The notes beneath the pieces were generated by a model. That model made no database searches and was not told the DNA's origin. It saw only the letters and a list, made by a program, of their open reading frames with translations. Of a stretch of DNA of 48,758 nucleotides, positions 1 through 9,796 are shown in pieces (position 1 is the first letter of the stretch; every line of letters starts with the position of its first letter). A program made the position numbers and the translations under genes. Origin of the DNA: Candidatus Nitrosocosmicus sp. (GTDB lineage Archaea > Thermoproteota > Nitrososphaeria > Nitrososphaerales > Nitrososphaeraceae). The stretch covers positions 1 through 48,758 of the forward strand of contig JBDUES010000208.1 in the NCBI GenBank assembly GCA_040297625.1. Direction: 5' to 3'.

Positions 1-195
1 CTAGGAGCAACCATGATGATGTCATATAATCCTCATACAGTCTCGATTCAAATTTTTGAGGATAACGCAATTGGTGGACTACGACAGGCAATGCCTGATA
101 TAATTCTAGTTATTCTACTATCCATCATTGCTTTAGTGGTAGTTTCCACCATAAAGAAAAGAGACGAAAGCAGTGTGAAGATTGGGTGGTCCTGA
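1..195 (+). CDS. ABC transporter permease, C-terminal fragment (ModB/WtpB-like, molybdate/tungstate); 5' truncated by window
   Basis: Frame open from base 1 (LGATMMMSYNPHTVSIQIFEDNAIGG...) followed by a hydrophobic TM helix; lies directly upstream of an ABC ATPase with a TOBE domain. Confidence 0.75.
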   Translation, partial: LGATMMMSYNPHTVSIQIFEDNAIGGLRQAMPDIILVILLSIIALVVVSTIKKRDESSVKIGWS

Positions 196-201
196 TTTAA
201 A

Positions 202-1314
202 GTGGTATTAGAACTTGTTAATATTATTAAAAAATTTTCTGGATTTACTATAGGCCCTCTGAATTTGAAAATAGCCGACGATGAAATTTTAGTAATGATT
301 GGACCGACAGGAAATGGGAAAACCACCATTCTTAATCTGATTGTTGGATTGATAAAGCCCGACAGCGGTTCAATTTTCTTAGATGGCGTGGATATAACTA
401 ACATACCTGTAGAATCTCGTAATATAGGATATTCATTTCAAAGACCTAGTCTATTTCCGTTTTTGAATGTGTATAGGAATATTACATTTGGTCTTAAAAA
501 AAAAGATAGGAAGAATAAAGACTTTCAAATTAAAAGACTCTTTGTAAATCTTGGAATCTCACATCTTATTAATAGACGTATTCAAGGACTTAGCGGAGGA
601 GAAATGCAAAAGATATCTTTGGCAAGAACTCTCATAGTGGAACCCAAGATAATGCTGATGGATGAGCCTCTTGCAAATCTTGATGATCCCACCAAAAGAA
701 AGTTAAGAGTAGAGATTCGACAAGTGCTTAAAAAACATAGAATATCATGTATATATGTAACTCATTTTGAAGAAGACGTCTACGCACTTGCTGACTCTGT
801 AGCGATATTGAAAAATGGTCGCATAGAGATGGCAGATAAATTGAGAACATTATTATCATATTCTAATCACCCAACATCTCCTTTTTTATCCGAGATTCTT
901 AATGGAGGATACAATTACATAGAAGGCGATGTGGTAGAGTCAAAAAATGATGTTACTAAAATCAGAAATGGATCTCATATACTAGAGATGATAGGAAACC
1001 ATAGCATTGGTTCTATGGTCGGAGTTTTAGTTAGACCAGAAGATATAATCCTTTCAGTGGAAATGGTAAAAACAAGTGCACGCAATGTTATAAAGGCGAA
1101 AGTAATAAACATAACCTGCACCAAAATAGCAACAACAGGTTTTGTAGACATACACCTTGAGATAGATTGCATTCATTTGATATCTAGAATAACAAATGAA
1201 TCTAGAATTTACCTTGGAATTAAAGAAGGTGATCATATCTATGCTATGTTTAAAGCTACATCCCCTCAAGTCATTCGTGAAGGAAAATCAGTTAATGAGG
1301 ATAAATGCATATAA
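202..1314 (+). CDS. ABC transporter ATP-binding protein with C-terminal TOBE domain (ModC/WtpC-like)
   Basis: Walker A GPTGNGKT, signature LSGGE, Walker B MLMDEP, H-loop YVTH; TOBE-like tail VRPEDIILS...TSARN...AMFKAT. GTG start. Confidence 0.9.
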   Translation: MVLELVNIIKKFSGFTIGPLNLKIADDEILVMIGPTGNGKTTILNLIVGLIKPDSGSIFLDGVDITNIPVESRNIGYSFQRPSLFPFLNVYRNITFGLKKKDRKNKDFQIKRLFVNLGISHLINRRIQGLSGGEMQKISLARTLIVEPKIMLMDEPLANLDDPTKRKLRVEIRQVLKKHRISCIYVTHFEEDVYALADSVAILKNGRIEMADKLRTLLSYSNHPTSPFLSEILNGGYNYIEGDVVESKNDVTKIRNGSHILEMIGNHSIGSMVGVLVRPEDIILSVEMVKTSARNVIKAKVINITCTKIATTGFVDIHLEIDCIHLISRITNESRIYLGIKEGDHIYAMFKATSPQVIREGKSVNEDKCI

Positions 1315-1955
1315 AGTCAAGTATATAATCTACAATTATTCTATTATTATCCACTTAAGATGCGTTCTGATTTTTCAATCATTTAGTTTATTTATTTTTG
1401 TTAAATAAATCCAAGATCGAATATCACTAAAGACCTATTGGTAGTTCTTTAATTCATTGGCATCACAGTGAATCTACTTGGATGATAACTCATTCTTCTA
1501 GGTGTATACCGAGTATTTGAAAAACCATACAACAAAATATTGATATTATTTGTCAAAACACAAGGATTAATTTCATAGTCCACTTAGTTCATATTCTGAA
1601 GTAACGACCCTGATGTCCAAAAATATTACTCATATATTTTTTTGTTATTTTTTGTAGTTCTTTTCTCGAGATCAAAAGATTATTCTCCAAAATATATTTT
1701 AGTTCTAAAACAATAGATAAATCTAAATAGATAATGTTAAAGAATATTTATTTAAAATTAAGTTTGATATCATGATTAGGATTCTCCTATGCTCTTTAGT
1801 TTTTTCTCAAGAATATCTCTGAAAGAATTTGTCAAATAAAACAGATGGAATATATTTTATTTTAAAAAATTATAAATTAATTTGTTTGTTATTGGAACAC
1901 TCTCATAATTGCTGCCTTCATTTAGTATTCATAAATCAATTATAAAATAAATACA

Positions 1956-1970
1956 AGATCTCTTGCCTAA
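1956..1970 (+). repeat. Putative left terminal inverted repeat of the IS5/ISL2-type element
   Basis: AGATCTCTTGCCTAA; 14/15 match to the reverse complement of 5222-5236; about 55 bp upstream of the transposase remnant. Confidence 0.55.
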
Positions 1971-2023
1971 CCAATCACAAACAGAGTTATATCAATGATT
2001 CATCATCACTTTCTTGTCCTTCC

Positions 2024-2446
2024 TTTGTTTTCTGTGGCAGATTGTCAAAAAAATCCAGGTGTTTCAAGTCATTGACTGGTCTCGCATTAAATAGTTTGAT
2101 GACATTTACTATAACAGAATAGAAAAAGATATGAAAAATATGATATTTAAAGATTGCCCCAAAGAAAGAATAGAGAGGTCGATCTATAGAGGTGTGCAGG
2201 TGGATACATCAAATTATACCATTTAGCTTATGTGTTCAAACTTTATTGAAAATTTTTCTTCATATTTTAGAAATTCATAGTTTGTGTACTTATACTGATT
2301 GGTATAGATGTTAAGAACAGGTTACTCATGCTTTTAGTATATCATCGTCTTTACCTAACACACATGTTAACTGGATTTCTCTTTAGATTGGATCAGAGTA
2401 ACATTAGCAAAGATATACAAAAGATAGAGCCCAAGGATAGAAAAGT
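2024..2446 (+). pseudogene. IS5-family (ISL2-group-like) transposase N-terminal remnant, frameshifted and interrupted by IS6
   Basis: Manual translation across frameshifts: RLSKKSRCFKSLTGL / FDDIYYNRIEK ... DVKNRLLMLLVYHRLYLTHMLTGFLFRLDQSNISKDIQKIEP (from 2307), typical of the HTH preceding DDE_Tnp_4 domains. A KCV..FPQKI-like continuation appears after the IS6 at ~3150-3180. Confidence 0.7.
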
Positions 2447-3146
2447 GGGCTCTAAAGTTAAGCAATTAATTCTCTGTTATAATAGTCGGCAAACAGATTA
2501 AGCCATTGTTGAACATGCTTTAATTTATATTTCTTCTTTCTACAAGGAAAATTATCATCAAATTATCAGTTCTATCCTTGATGTACTGCATTATTCGCTC
2601 AAAGATACTTTTCTCGTAATCTTTACGTAATAAAATGAATGTGATGATGTATTTTTAAAAATTGACAGGCTTGTGAATACCATGTACCTCCATCCGTTGA
2701 AACAGAATGTTTGCCATACTCTTTTATAATATCGGATAGAAAGCGTTCTGCCACTACAAACATATTTCGCTCTTTTGATATGTTTAATCCTACAATTTCC
2801 TTACTTTCAGATTCAATAGCGACCCAGAGCCAGATGTATTCAGAGCCAACTTTGATTTGAGTTTCATCCTTTTGAATATTCAAAGAATTCAAAGACCTGG
2901 GTCTTCCTATAGAATAATCTTTCAGGTTTATACTTTGAATCCAATCTCTTATCGCACTATGGCTTCTTTTAACAATTTTTATACAAAAAGATGTTGCTTT
3001 AGATGTATTTCTTAACGATAGACCATTAAAGTAAAGATGTAAAGAATATACCATATCTTCAGGCTCGGTTCTCTTTCTTATTTGACATAACACATATGAT
3101 AAGCAATAGAGATGCCTAAAGCTTTTTCCTTAACTTTACAGAGCCC
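2447..3146 (-). mobile_element. IS6-family insertion sequence, degenerate, with TIRs and target duplication
   Basis: Ends GGGCTCT--AAAGTTAAG (2447-2462) and CTTAACTTTACAGAGCCC (3129-3146) are inverted repeats apart from a 2-nt deletion. GAAAAGT(G) is repeated at 2440-2446/7 and 3147-3153/4. Confidence 0.85.
2458..3093 (-). pseudogene. IS6-family (IS240-like DDE) transposase, frameshifted
   Basis: ORF 2623-3093 has LYFNGLSLR, DETQIKVG..YIWLWVAIE, STDGGTWY. The C-terminus YEKSIFERIMQYIKDRT / FDDNFPCRKKKYKLKHVQQWLNLF continues in shifted frames to a stop at 2458-2460. Confidence 0.85.
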
Positions 3147-3194
3147 GAAAAGTGTGTATATTTCCTCAAAAAATTTTAAAAAAAGAGGTAAATG

Positions 3195-4208
3195 TTACCC
3201 TATTGGAACAATTGACCACTGAACATGATATTTTGAATTGGGACCGCATCCAGGAGGCGATTCTGTCCCAAGATAAGATTTTTCCTGAGAATAAGTGCCG
3301 CTAGATAATATTTTTTTCAAATCATTAAAGGGTATAAAAATCTTATCTGAAAAAACAAGTCCATTACATCCATCAAGTAGTAAAGCAGGAGATAATGAAC
3401 GAATTAATAGATCTGCTTGATGTGTATTGGATACATCAAAGGAACTAAAGGAAGGATCAGATAATTGTATTAATGATTCTTCTAAATTAATTAGTGTCGA
3501 AGGAATATTAGGGTCATCTTTATTTATCCCCATAAATTCAATAGTAAAACCATTTCCTTTTGGGTCAAGCACAAATGGCCCTAAACTTAAATCTAGAGTA
3601 ATATTAGAATTTCCTTCTCTGTTTGCAAGATATCTAGTTGCAGTTATAGGATCATTATTATTTTTCTTCACGCTTAAACCCACAGATAAAACATCATATA
3701 TGGGAGATCGCGGGATTTCTACATTTATTCTATTTATAGTAACCATAAATTGTGGAATAACTTGAGTTTTGGGATTAAATTTTATCAATTGATTCATTGG
3801 AAATTTACCTTTGTCATTAGAAGATATTTTATTTATTGTAATATTGTCAATCGAGTTGGAGGATATAATTAAGTTTAATGAACCATTACCTAATGTTTTT
3901 TTTAATGGCGAATCAACCCATTGTCCATTTATGTTATTTCCATTAATAACTCCTTTGAAAATATTTTTAACATTCGAATTATTTTTATCTGTTCCAATCC
4001 ACCATAAAGAATTACCAACTTGTTTTAAAAAATATTTATCTTTATTGTCAGCTATATATATTCCACTCAGATCAAATGATTTATTCTTATTTATTGTTGA
4101 ATTATTTACAATTGTCGAATTATTCTGCTGTTGTCCAAAAGCTAATTGTGAAGTATAAATTACAAAAAACAAAAATACAATATAAAAAACTATTCTTATA
4201 CTTTTCAT
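3195..4208 (-). CDS. Secreted hypothetical protein (337 aa)
   Basis: N-terminal signal peptide/TM helix, Asn-rich linker, beta-rich domain (LSGIY...YFLKQVGNSLWWIG...GQWVD) and a Cys pair near the C-terminus. Confidence 0.8.
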   Translation of the reverse strand: MKSIRIVFYIVFLFFVIYTSQLAFGQQQNNSTIVNNSTINKNKSFDLSGIYIADNKDKYFLKQVGNSLWWIGTDKNNSNVKNIFKGVINGNNINGQWVDSPLKKTLGNGSLNLIISSNSIDNITINKISSNDKGKFPMNQLIKFNPKTQVIPQFMVTINRINVEIPRSPIYDVLSVGLSVKKNNNDPITATRYLANREGNSNITLDLSLGPFVLDPKGNGFTIEFMGINKDDPNIPSTLINLEESLIQLSDPSFSSFDVSNTHQADLLIRSLSPALLLDGCNGLVFSDKIFIPFNDLKKILSSGTYSQEKSYLGTESPPGCGPNSKYHVQWSIVPIG

Positions 4209-4369
4209 AAAACCTATATAATGATCTAATATTTAGATTTTTTTAGGTAGGAATTACAAACCTATTACAAAAATTTGACTTGATGTAAAATAATAGATTT
4301 AGTATTCTTGATATAATTGATACTATAATATTCTCAGTAGCCCTCACCATCACCTTGACATACACATTT

Positions 4370-4470
4370 ACAAATGATTTAACCAATTTGATAACATACT
4401 TTATTTACATATCCTTCTTTAACAAGGAAAATTATCATCCAATCCTCTAGTTCTATCCTTAATACATTAC
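4370..4470 (-). pseudogene. Second IS6 transposase 3' fragment, heavily decayed
   Basis: Minus strand reads CIKDRTRGLDDNFPC*RRICK*...SNWLN; shares CAAGGAAAATTATCATC and AGTTCTATCCTT with 2543-2579. Confidence 0.65.
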
Positions 4471-4529
4471 CTTTTTTTCTTTCTTTAGGAGATTTTACTC
4501 ACTTTTGAACCTATCTAATTATAGTTCTG

Positions 4530-4655
4530 TCAAGTCTTCGTTTGGCCCTGACCAATAACAAGACTATAAAAAACCGTTTGGTGAGATTAAAACCTGCTGA
4601 AAATCATCAGATGACCTCCATATCAACTAATAAAGATTTAGGAACGAAGTCTTGA
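4530..4655. repeat. 126-bp segment bounded by a 13-bp imperfect inverted repeat (MITE-like)
   Basis: TCAAGTCTTCGTT (4530-4542) vs AACGAAGTCTTGA (4643-4655; reverse complement TCAAGACTTCGTT), 12/13 match. Confidence 0.35.
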
Positions 4656-5221
4656 ATATATAAAACTTTTATGATTAATAATTGGTTAAAATTTAAATAT
4701 TTAAAAAATGAAAAAACTTTACCTATTAACAACAATATTAATCATAATTGTATTGATAGTAGGATTATAGGTATTACTAAAGTTTTATCCAAAGATTCAC
4801 TCGTCGGACAAATATTAATATCTATATACGCAATATTAGCAAGTATTGTTTCAGTTTTATAAAAATTCGACTATTTTTTAGTTTTTATGCCAGTCATTCA
4901 GAAAAATTGATTAACATAGATTTGGATGGTTATGGCAATTAGGATTATCTTGATTATATTAATGATTTCAAAATAACTTATCCCAAAGGCCGATCGGTTG
5001 CATATATGGGACTATTCAATAATCATATAAAAAAATGTTATCCAGACAAATGAAAATTGAAAGAGATGGCTATGGACAAATCTAAAAAACCTTAAAGAAA
5101 TGGATAAAATTATAAGAAAAATTTCTAAAAAGTTGAAACATCTTAATTGCAATTTGCAAATTAAAATGAAAATATTACAACTGATCATTGATAATTCTGT
5201 AAAAATTTGATACAGGTCTAA

Positions 5222-5236
5222 TTACGCAAGAGATCT
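5222..5236 (-). repeat. Putative right terminal inverted repeat of the IS5/ISL2-type element
   Basis: TTACGCAAGAGATCT, whose reverse complement AGATCTCTTGCGTAA matches 1956-1970 at 14/15. Confidence 0.55.
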
Positions 5237-5622
5237 AATCTTCAGAAATCTCTTTTGCTATTCGTATTGTTTGTTCTTGATAACTATTAACAATGACATT
5301 ATAACGTGGAATTTGATTTTTGGATTAATCAAGTAAACTTTTGATTGATTCTATAAAATTATCCTTATTTTGGTTAGTAGTATAATATAGATATTCTGTG
5401 TGACTTGTGATATTGTTTTTATAAACTATCAAATTTCTATGACATTTCTATTATATTATCGATGATACAATACGGATTTTGGATTCAAATAATTTTAATA
5501 ATTATTTCAACTAAAATATAATAAGATTTCTCTCTCATTGTCATTATTTTTAGTAATACTACTTCAGCTGTTAAATTGCAGTTAAATATTAATACAAAGT
5601 TAGGAGTGAGTGGTAAATTATG

Positions 5623-5644
5623 AAGGTTTCTAGTGAGAAACCTT
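5623..5644. repeat. Perfect 9-bp inverted repeat/hairpin
   Basis: AAGGTTTCT-AGTG-AGAAACCTT. Confidence 0.5.
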
Positions 5645-5790
5645 ACAGGCTATAAACAAATACAAAAGCAGTAAAACCCCTCTTTTCCTAAATAATCGCT
5701 TAATAAATAGAAGATAAAAATAGGATACAATATAACAAAACGACAAGTACATTACATATTGAAAAATATTAGATAATCCGCATCGTGTTT

Positions 5791-5850
5791 CTTAACAGTT
5801 ATGTAAAGAACTGCATGATTACATTTGTAAACTATTAGTGATTGTTTTCA
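5791..5850 (-). mobile_element. Short remnant of the 3' end of the IS630-type element
   Basis: TTAACAGTTATGTAAA...TGTAAACT.TT...TTGTTTT resembles 30568-30626. Confidence 0.5.
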
Positions 5851-6177
5851 TAAACAAAATGATTGATCTAAAATTTATTTGATGACAACCATATAAAAAA
5901 TAACTCAAATAAAACAACTACAAATATTTTACATTAAACATTATCCAGTATTTACAGAACTCTTAACGAAGGTCAATAAAGTAGCAGAAATATAAATAAT
6001 ATGCAAATCATCAAGGTTATTCTTTTTCTTGTTTAATATCACAAATAATTTAAAAATATACAACTATAGCTTTTTCTTTAACTTTATAAAAACATAATTT
6101 TGATATATAATATTATAAAAAATTAAGAACGGGAGAAACTTCTATTAATTGTCATGTATCAAATAAATACATAGAGA

Positions 6178-7794
6178 GTGCCCGCCATGATAGACAAAAA
6201 TATTAATTCCATTTCAAAATTAAGATCATTAAAACCAACGTTAATTGATAATATTACATTATTAAATAAAAGTAACAAAAACAATAATAATAATATTAAT
6301 ATTAATAATAATAATTTATCAACTTATTCAGAACCATTGCCAGATGAATCAAATAAAATTGCTAAAAAAAAACAAAAACAAAGTTTCTGGATTGAAGGGT
6401 ATGGATGTTCGGCTAGTTTTGCAGATATGGAAATGATCGCAGGGCAGTTAAAAAATAATGGTTTTGAAATTGCAAATAATCCTAATCAAGCTTCTATAAG
6501 CCTTATAGTAACTTGTTCAGTTAAAGAAAAAACAGAGCATCGGATGATCCACAGAATTAACAGATTGTCAAAAAACAACAAACCTCTTGTAATAGCAGGG
6601 TGTCTTCCCTCAGCTGATCAGAAATTAGTTGAAAAAATAAATCCTAATGCAAGTCTAATGGGCCCAAGCAGCATCAATAAGACACTTGAAATTGTAAATT
6701 CAACTTTAAAGGGACAAAAGGCCGTATTCTTACAAAATTCTGAGATAGAAAAGATAAATTTTCCAAAAATAAGGATTAATCCTATAATAAGTATCATAGA
6801 AATAGCTTCAGGATGTTTGAGCGAGTGTTCTTTTTGTCAAACAAAATTAGCAAAAGGAGTTCTTCAAAGTTATAGGATAGGTAAAATAATTAATCAAATA
6901 AATCATGATCTAAAGACTGGAACACGTGAAATATGGCTTACATCAACAGACAATGGTTGTTACGGACGAGATATTGGAACAAATTTAGTAGAATTATTAA
7001 AGAAATGTGATGAGTTAGAGGAGGAGAAGGAGGAAAATGAAGACTTTAAAATAAGGGTAGGCATGATGAATCCAATGTATCTTAAGGACATGATTAATGG
7101 TCTGATAGATATCTATTTAAAAAGTAACAAGATATTCAAATTTATTCACATTCCCGTTCAAAGCGGCAGTGAAGAGGTCTTGAGAAAAATGAAAAGAGGA
7201 CATACGGCAAAAATATTCAATGAGATAGTAAGCCGATTCAGAGAAAAGATTCCAGATATGACGATAGCTACTGATATAATAACAGGATTTCCAGATGAAA
7301 CCGAGGAAGATTTTGAATTAACTTTAAAAATGATAAAAGAATTGGAACCGGATATTATAAATTCATCAAAATTTAGTCCAAGACCTGGAACATCTGCATT
7401 TAAATTGAAAAGAACAGACCAAAAAATAATAACTCAAAGGTCCGCAAGGTTACACAGTGTTATAAAAAATATTGCAAAAAAAAGAAATTCAAGATGGTTA
7501 AACTGGGAAGGAAATATCCTTATTGATGAAATTAATAATGGAGAGCTAAAGGGAAGGAATCAGTATTATAAATCGATAATTATCAAAAATTTTAATGAAA
7601 AAATATTTACAAATACAAAACAGAAGGAAGGTTATTACAAAAATAACGGTTTTGTAAATTCTTCTGTGGGAGGAGGAGATCTGTACTCTATGAATTTAAA
7701 CAATCATAATAACAACTTGCCTTTAGGGAAAACCATGATGGTAAAGATAACGGGATATTCAAACCATACCTTGGAAGGAATTCAAATTACATAA
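6178..7794 (+). CDS. tRNA t6A37 methylthiotransferase (archaeal MtaB/CDKAL1-type radical SAM, MiaB-like family)
   Basis: UPF0004 cysteines (YGCSAS, VTCSVK, AGCLP), radical SAM CLSECSFC, HIPVQSGS, TDIITGFP, C-terminal TRAM-like domain. The start (GTG 6178 or ATG 6187) precedes an Asn-rich low-complexity leader. Confidence 0.9.
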   Translation: MPAMIDKNINSISKLRSLKPTLIDNITLLNKSNKNNNNNININNNNLSTYSEPLPDESNKIAKKKQKQSFWIEGYGCSASFADMEMIAGQLKNNGFEIANNPNQASISLIVTCSVKEKTEHRMIHRINRLSKNNKPLVIAGCLPSADQKLVEKINPNASLMGPSSINKTLEIVNSTLKGQKAVFLQNSEIEKINFPKIRINPIISIIEIASGCLSECSFCQTKLAKGVLQSYRIGKIINQINHDLKTGTREIWLTSTDNGCYGRDIGTNLVELLKKCDELEEEKEENEDFKIRVGMMNPMYLKDMINGLIDIYLKSNKIFKFIHIPVQSGSEEVLRKMKRGHTAKIFNEIVSRFREKIPDMTIATDIITGFPDETEEDFELTLKMIKELEPDIINSSKFSPRPGTSAFKLKRTDQKIITQRSARLHSVIKNIAKKRNSRWLNWEGNILIDEINNGELKGRNQYYKSIIIKNFNEKIFTNTKQKEGYYKNNGFVNSSVGGGDLYSMNLNNHNNNLPLGKTMMVKITGYSNHTLEGIQIT

Positions 7795-7861
7795 AATTAA
7801 TAACGAATCAATTTTTTTAATTCTATAACATTTTTATCCATTAAGATATTCCAATTTATGG

Positions 7862-8836
7862 TTGTTGGATAATAATAAAAATGGACATGGTCTCCTAATT
7901 ATTGGAGTAGGAGAAACTGGAAGTAAAATTACTCTCGATATCATTAAAGAAGTTAAATCCGAATATTTATTATTGAATACAAAAAAAAATTCTAAATATA
8001 TTACCAAAAATATTATGATTGACACCGCTTCACGGATTAACCCTTCAATCCATAAGATTAGAGAATCTTTTTTAGAAAAACTAGATAAAATTTCTGCAAT
8101 TGTTAACAATTATAATAACATAATAATAATTGGAAATCTGGCATCTAAATTCGGGATAGCCTTAATCCCACTATTAACAAATATTTTACATAAAATGGGA
8201 GAAAAGGAAATTTTTAGTTTTGTAATAATGCCATTTGGATTTGAAAAAGGCAAAATATTTAATTCTGGTGTTTCATTATCTTTTATTAACAATTATTCAA
8301 ATTCAACTGTGATTATAGACAACAATTCATTTCTTAAAAATAACCCCGAATTATCATTTCCCGAATGTTTTAGAATTACAAACAATGCCATCAAGGATAT
8401 CATCATTTCATCTTGTGAAAAAGGTTTTCCGAACGATTTCAATGTGATTGCAACCTGCAAAGAATCCGATAACATAGAAGATGTATTCAGTAATTCTTTA
8501 ACAATGTTCAATAATTCCAATATAAAAACAATAGAAAAAACGTTTATGTTTATTTACCCCGCTAAAGAAAAAATTGATAAAATTGATAGCGTAATTAAAA
8601 CAGTTGAAAGAATCTCAAATGAATCCGATAACGAAATAAATATCATTTCCTCCAACACAGACAATTTAACAAAAATACATTTGATGAGTAAGACAAATAT
8701 TTTATTATTTTCAGAATACGATCCCCTAAACCAGTTTATACCAATTAATAATTTTCTAGATTTTGAGCCTGAAACAAATCAGGATATAAAAGAAATATCC
8801 TATTTAAAGAATATTGAAGCAAAAACAATTCAATAG
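7862..8836 (+). CDS. Divergent FtsZ/tubulin-like protein
   Basis: N-terminal IIGVGETGSKI, MPFGFE, VIIDNNSFL and RITN motifs match the FtsZ GTPase fold; the tubulin signature is replaced by GNLASKFG. Confidence 0.7.
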   Translation: MLDNNKNGHGLLIIGVGETGSKITLDIIKEVKSEYLLLNTKKNSKYITKNIMIDTASRINPSIHKIRESFLEKLDKISAIVNNYNNIIIIGNLASKFGIALIPLLTNILHKMGEKEIFSFVIMPFGFEKGKIFNSGVSLSFINNYSNSTVIIDNNSFLKNNPELSFPECFRITNNAIKDIIISSCEKGFPNDFNVIATCKESDNIEDVFSNSLTMFNNSNIKTIEKTFMFIYPAKEKIDKIDSVIKTVERISNESDNEINIISSNTDNLTKIHLMSKTNILLFSEYDPLNQFIPINNFLDFEPETNQDIKEISYLKNIEAKTIQ

Positions 8837-8890
8837 TATTATATTATATTTATTGTTTACTAATAAAATCAAGAATAAAAAATAAGTTTA

Positions 8891-9304
8891 TTATTTGGTT
8901 TTAGATTTTTTCTTATTTACTTTTTGGTCAATGTCAACATCAGAATCAGATTTGTTTGAAGTATCATCATTATCACTTTCAACTGGTGACAAATCTGATT
9001 TTAATTCGGTCGCTTCGGTTGTTGATTCATTCAATATATCTTCATATAAAGACACAATAACTTGATCGTCTTCATCTTTTACAATTCTAACACGAACCTT
9101 TCTGGGAGGATTAGTTTTTCCTTTTTCCCAAATATATCTATTTAATTCTTGATCAATTTTTATTTGTGAGCTCTTCATATGTTTAATTGCAAATTCTTTA
9201 ATCATATTTACGACTCGGTCTGTTCTTTTATGTTTTGGAGTTAACCAAGCTTTACTGAAATTTATTGTGTATATCCTAGCTATTGTTTCTTCGACATTTG
9301 ACAT
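8891..9304 (-). CDS. rpl31e: 50S ribosomal protein L31e
   Basis: RIYTINFSKAW...IKIDQELNRYIWEKG..NPPRKVRVR; acidic C-terminal tail; AGGAG upstream. Confidence 0.95.
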   Translation of the reverse strand: MSNVEETIARIYTINFSKAWLTPKHKRTDRVVNMIKEFAIKHMKSSQIKIDQELNRYIWEKGKTNPPRKVRVRIVKDEDDQVIVSLYEDILNESTTEATELKSDLSPVESDNDDTSNKSDSDVDIDQKVNKKKSKTK

Positions 9305-9328
9305 GTTATTTTATCTCCTTTTTTATCA

Positions 9329-9487
9329 TTAACCAACATTCACATCCGAGCGACGCCATGACCTTCTTTTAGGATTAGTTCTAACTTGTCTATGTGTTCG
9401 AATAATAACCCAGGCTGGCACCGGTCTATTCTGTTTAACTTTTCTTAATAATCGAATTTTCCTTGAAGTATTTTTGCGGGCAGCCAT
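9329..9487 (-). CDS. rpl39e: 50S ribosomal protein L39e
   Basis: [14 protein letters not shown]...[10 protein letters not shown]; start re-called at ATG 9487 (52 aa). Confidence 0.95.
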   Translation of the reverse strand: MAARKNTSRKIRLLRKVKQNRPVPAWVIIRTHRQVRTNPKRRSWRRSDVNVG

Positions 9488-9796
9488 AATAATTTCATTA
9501 CAATATAACCTATTTTTAAGTGTTAACATCAATCAATCAAACAATTATCGATAGACAACCACATCATTCAATTAAAATTAAAATTATAATCAACATCGAA
9601 AATAATAAATCCTAAATCAATCATTAAAAGGTAAATAATGCAAGTATGTAAAACCTGTTATAAATTTTTTCAAACAATTTATGATAATAAAAAGATGAAG
9701 AAATTGAAAATAATAACGGATGAACAGGAAGAAAAAATACAGTGTAATAGCAACTATCATAAAAAGTTGGTAGATAGTTTTAAAACATGATTTTTT

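Noticed and set aside
4671-5182. 63-aa ORF and downstream broken frames
   Set aside because: No recognisable motif; could be a decayed gene, but cannot be supported.
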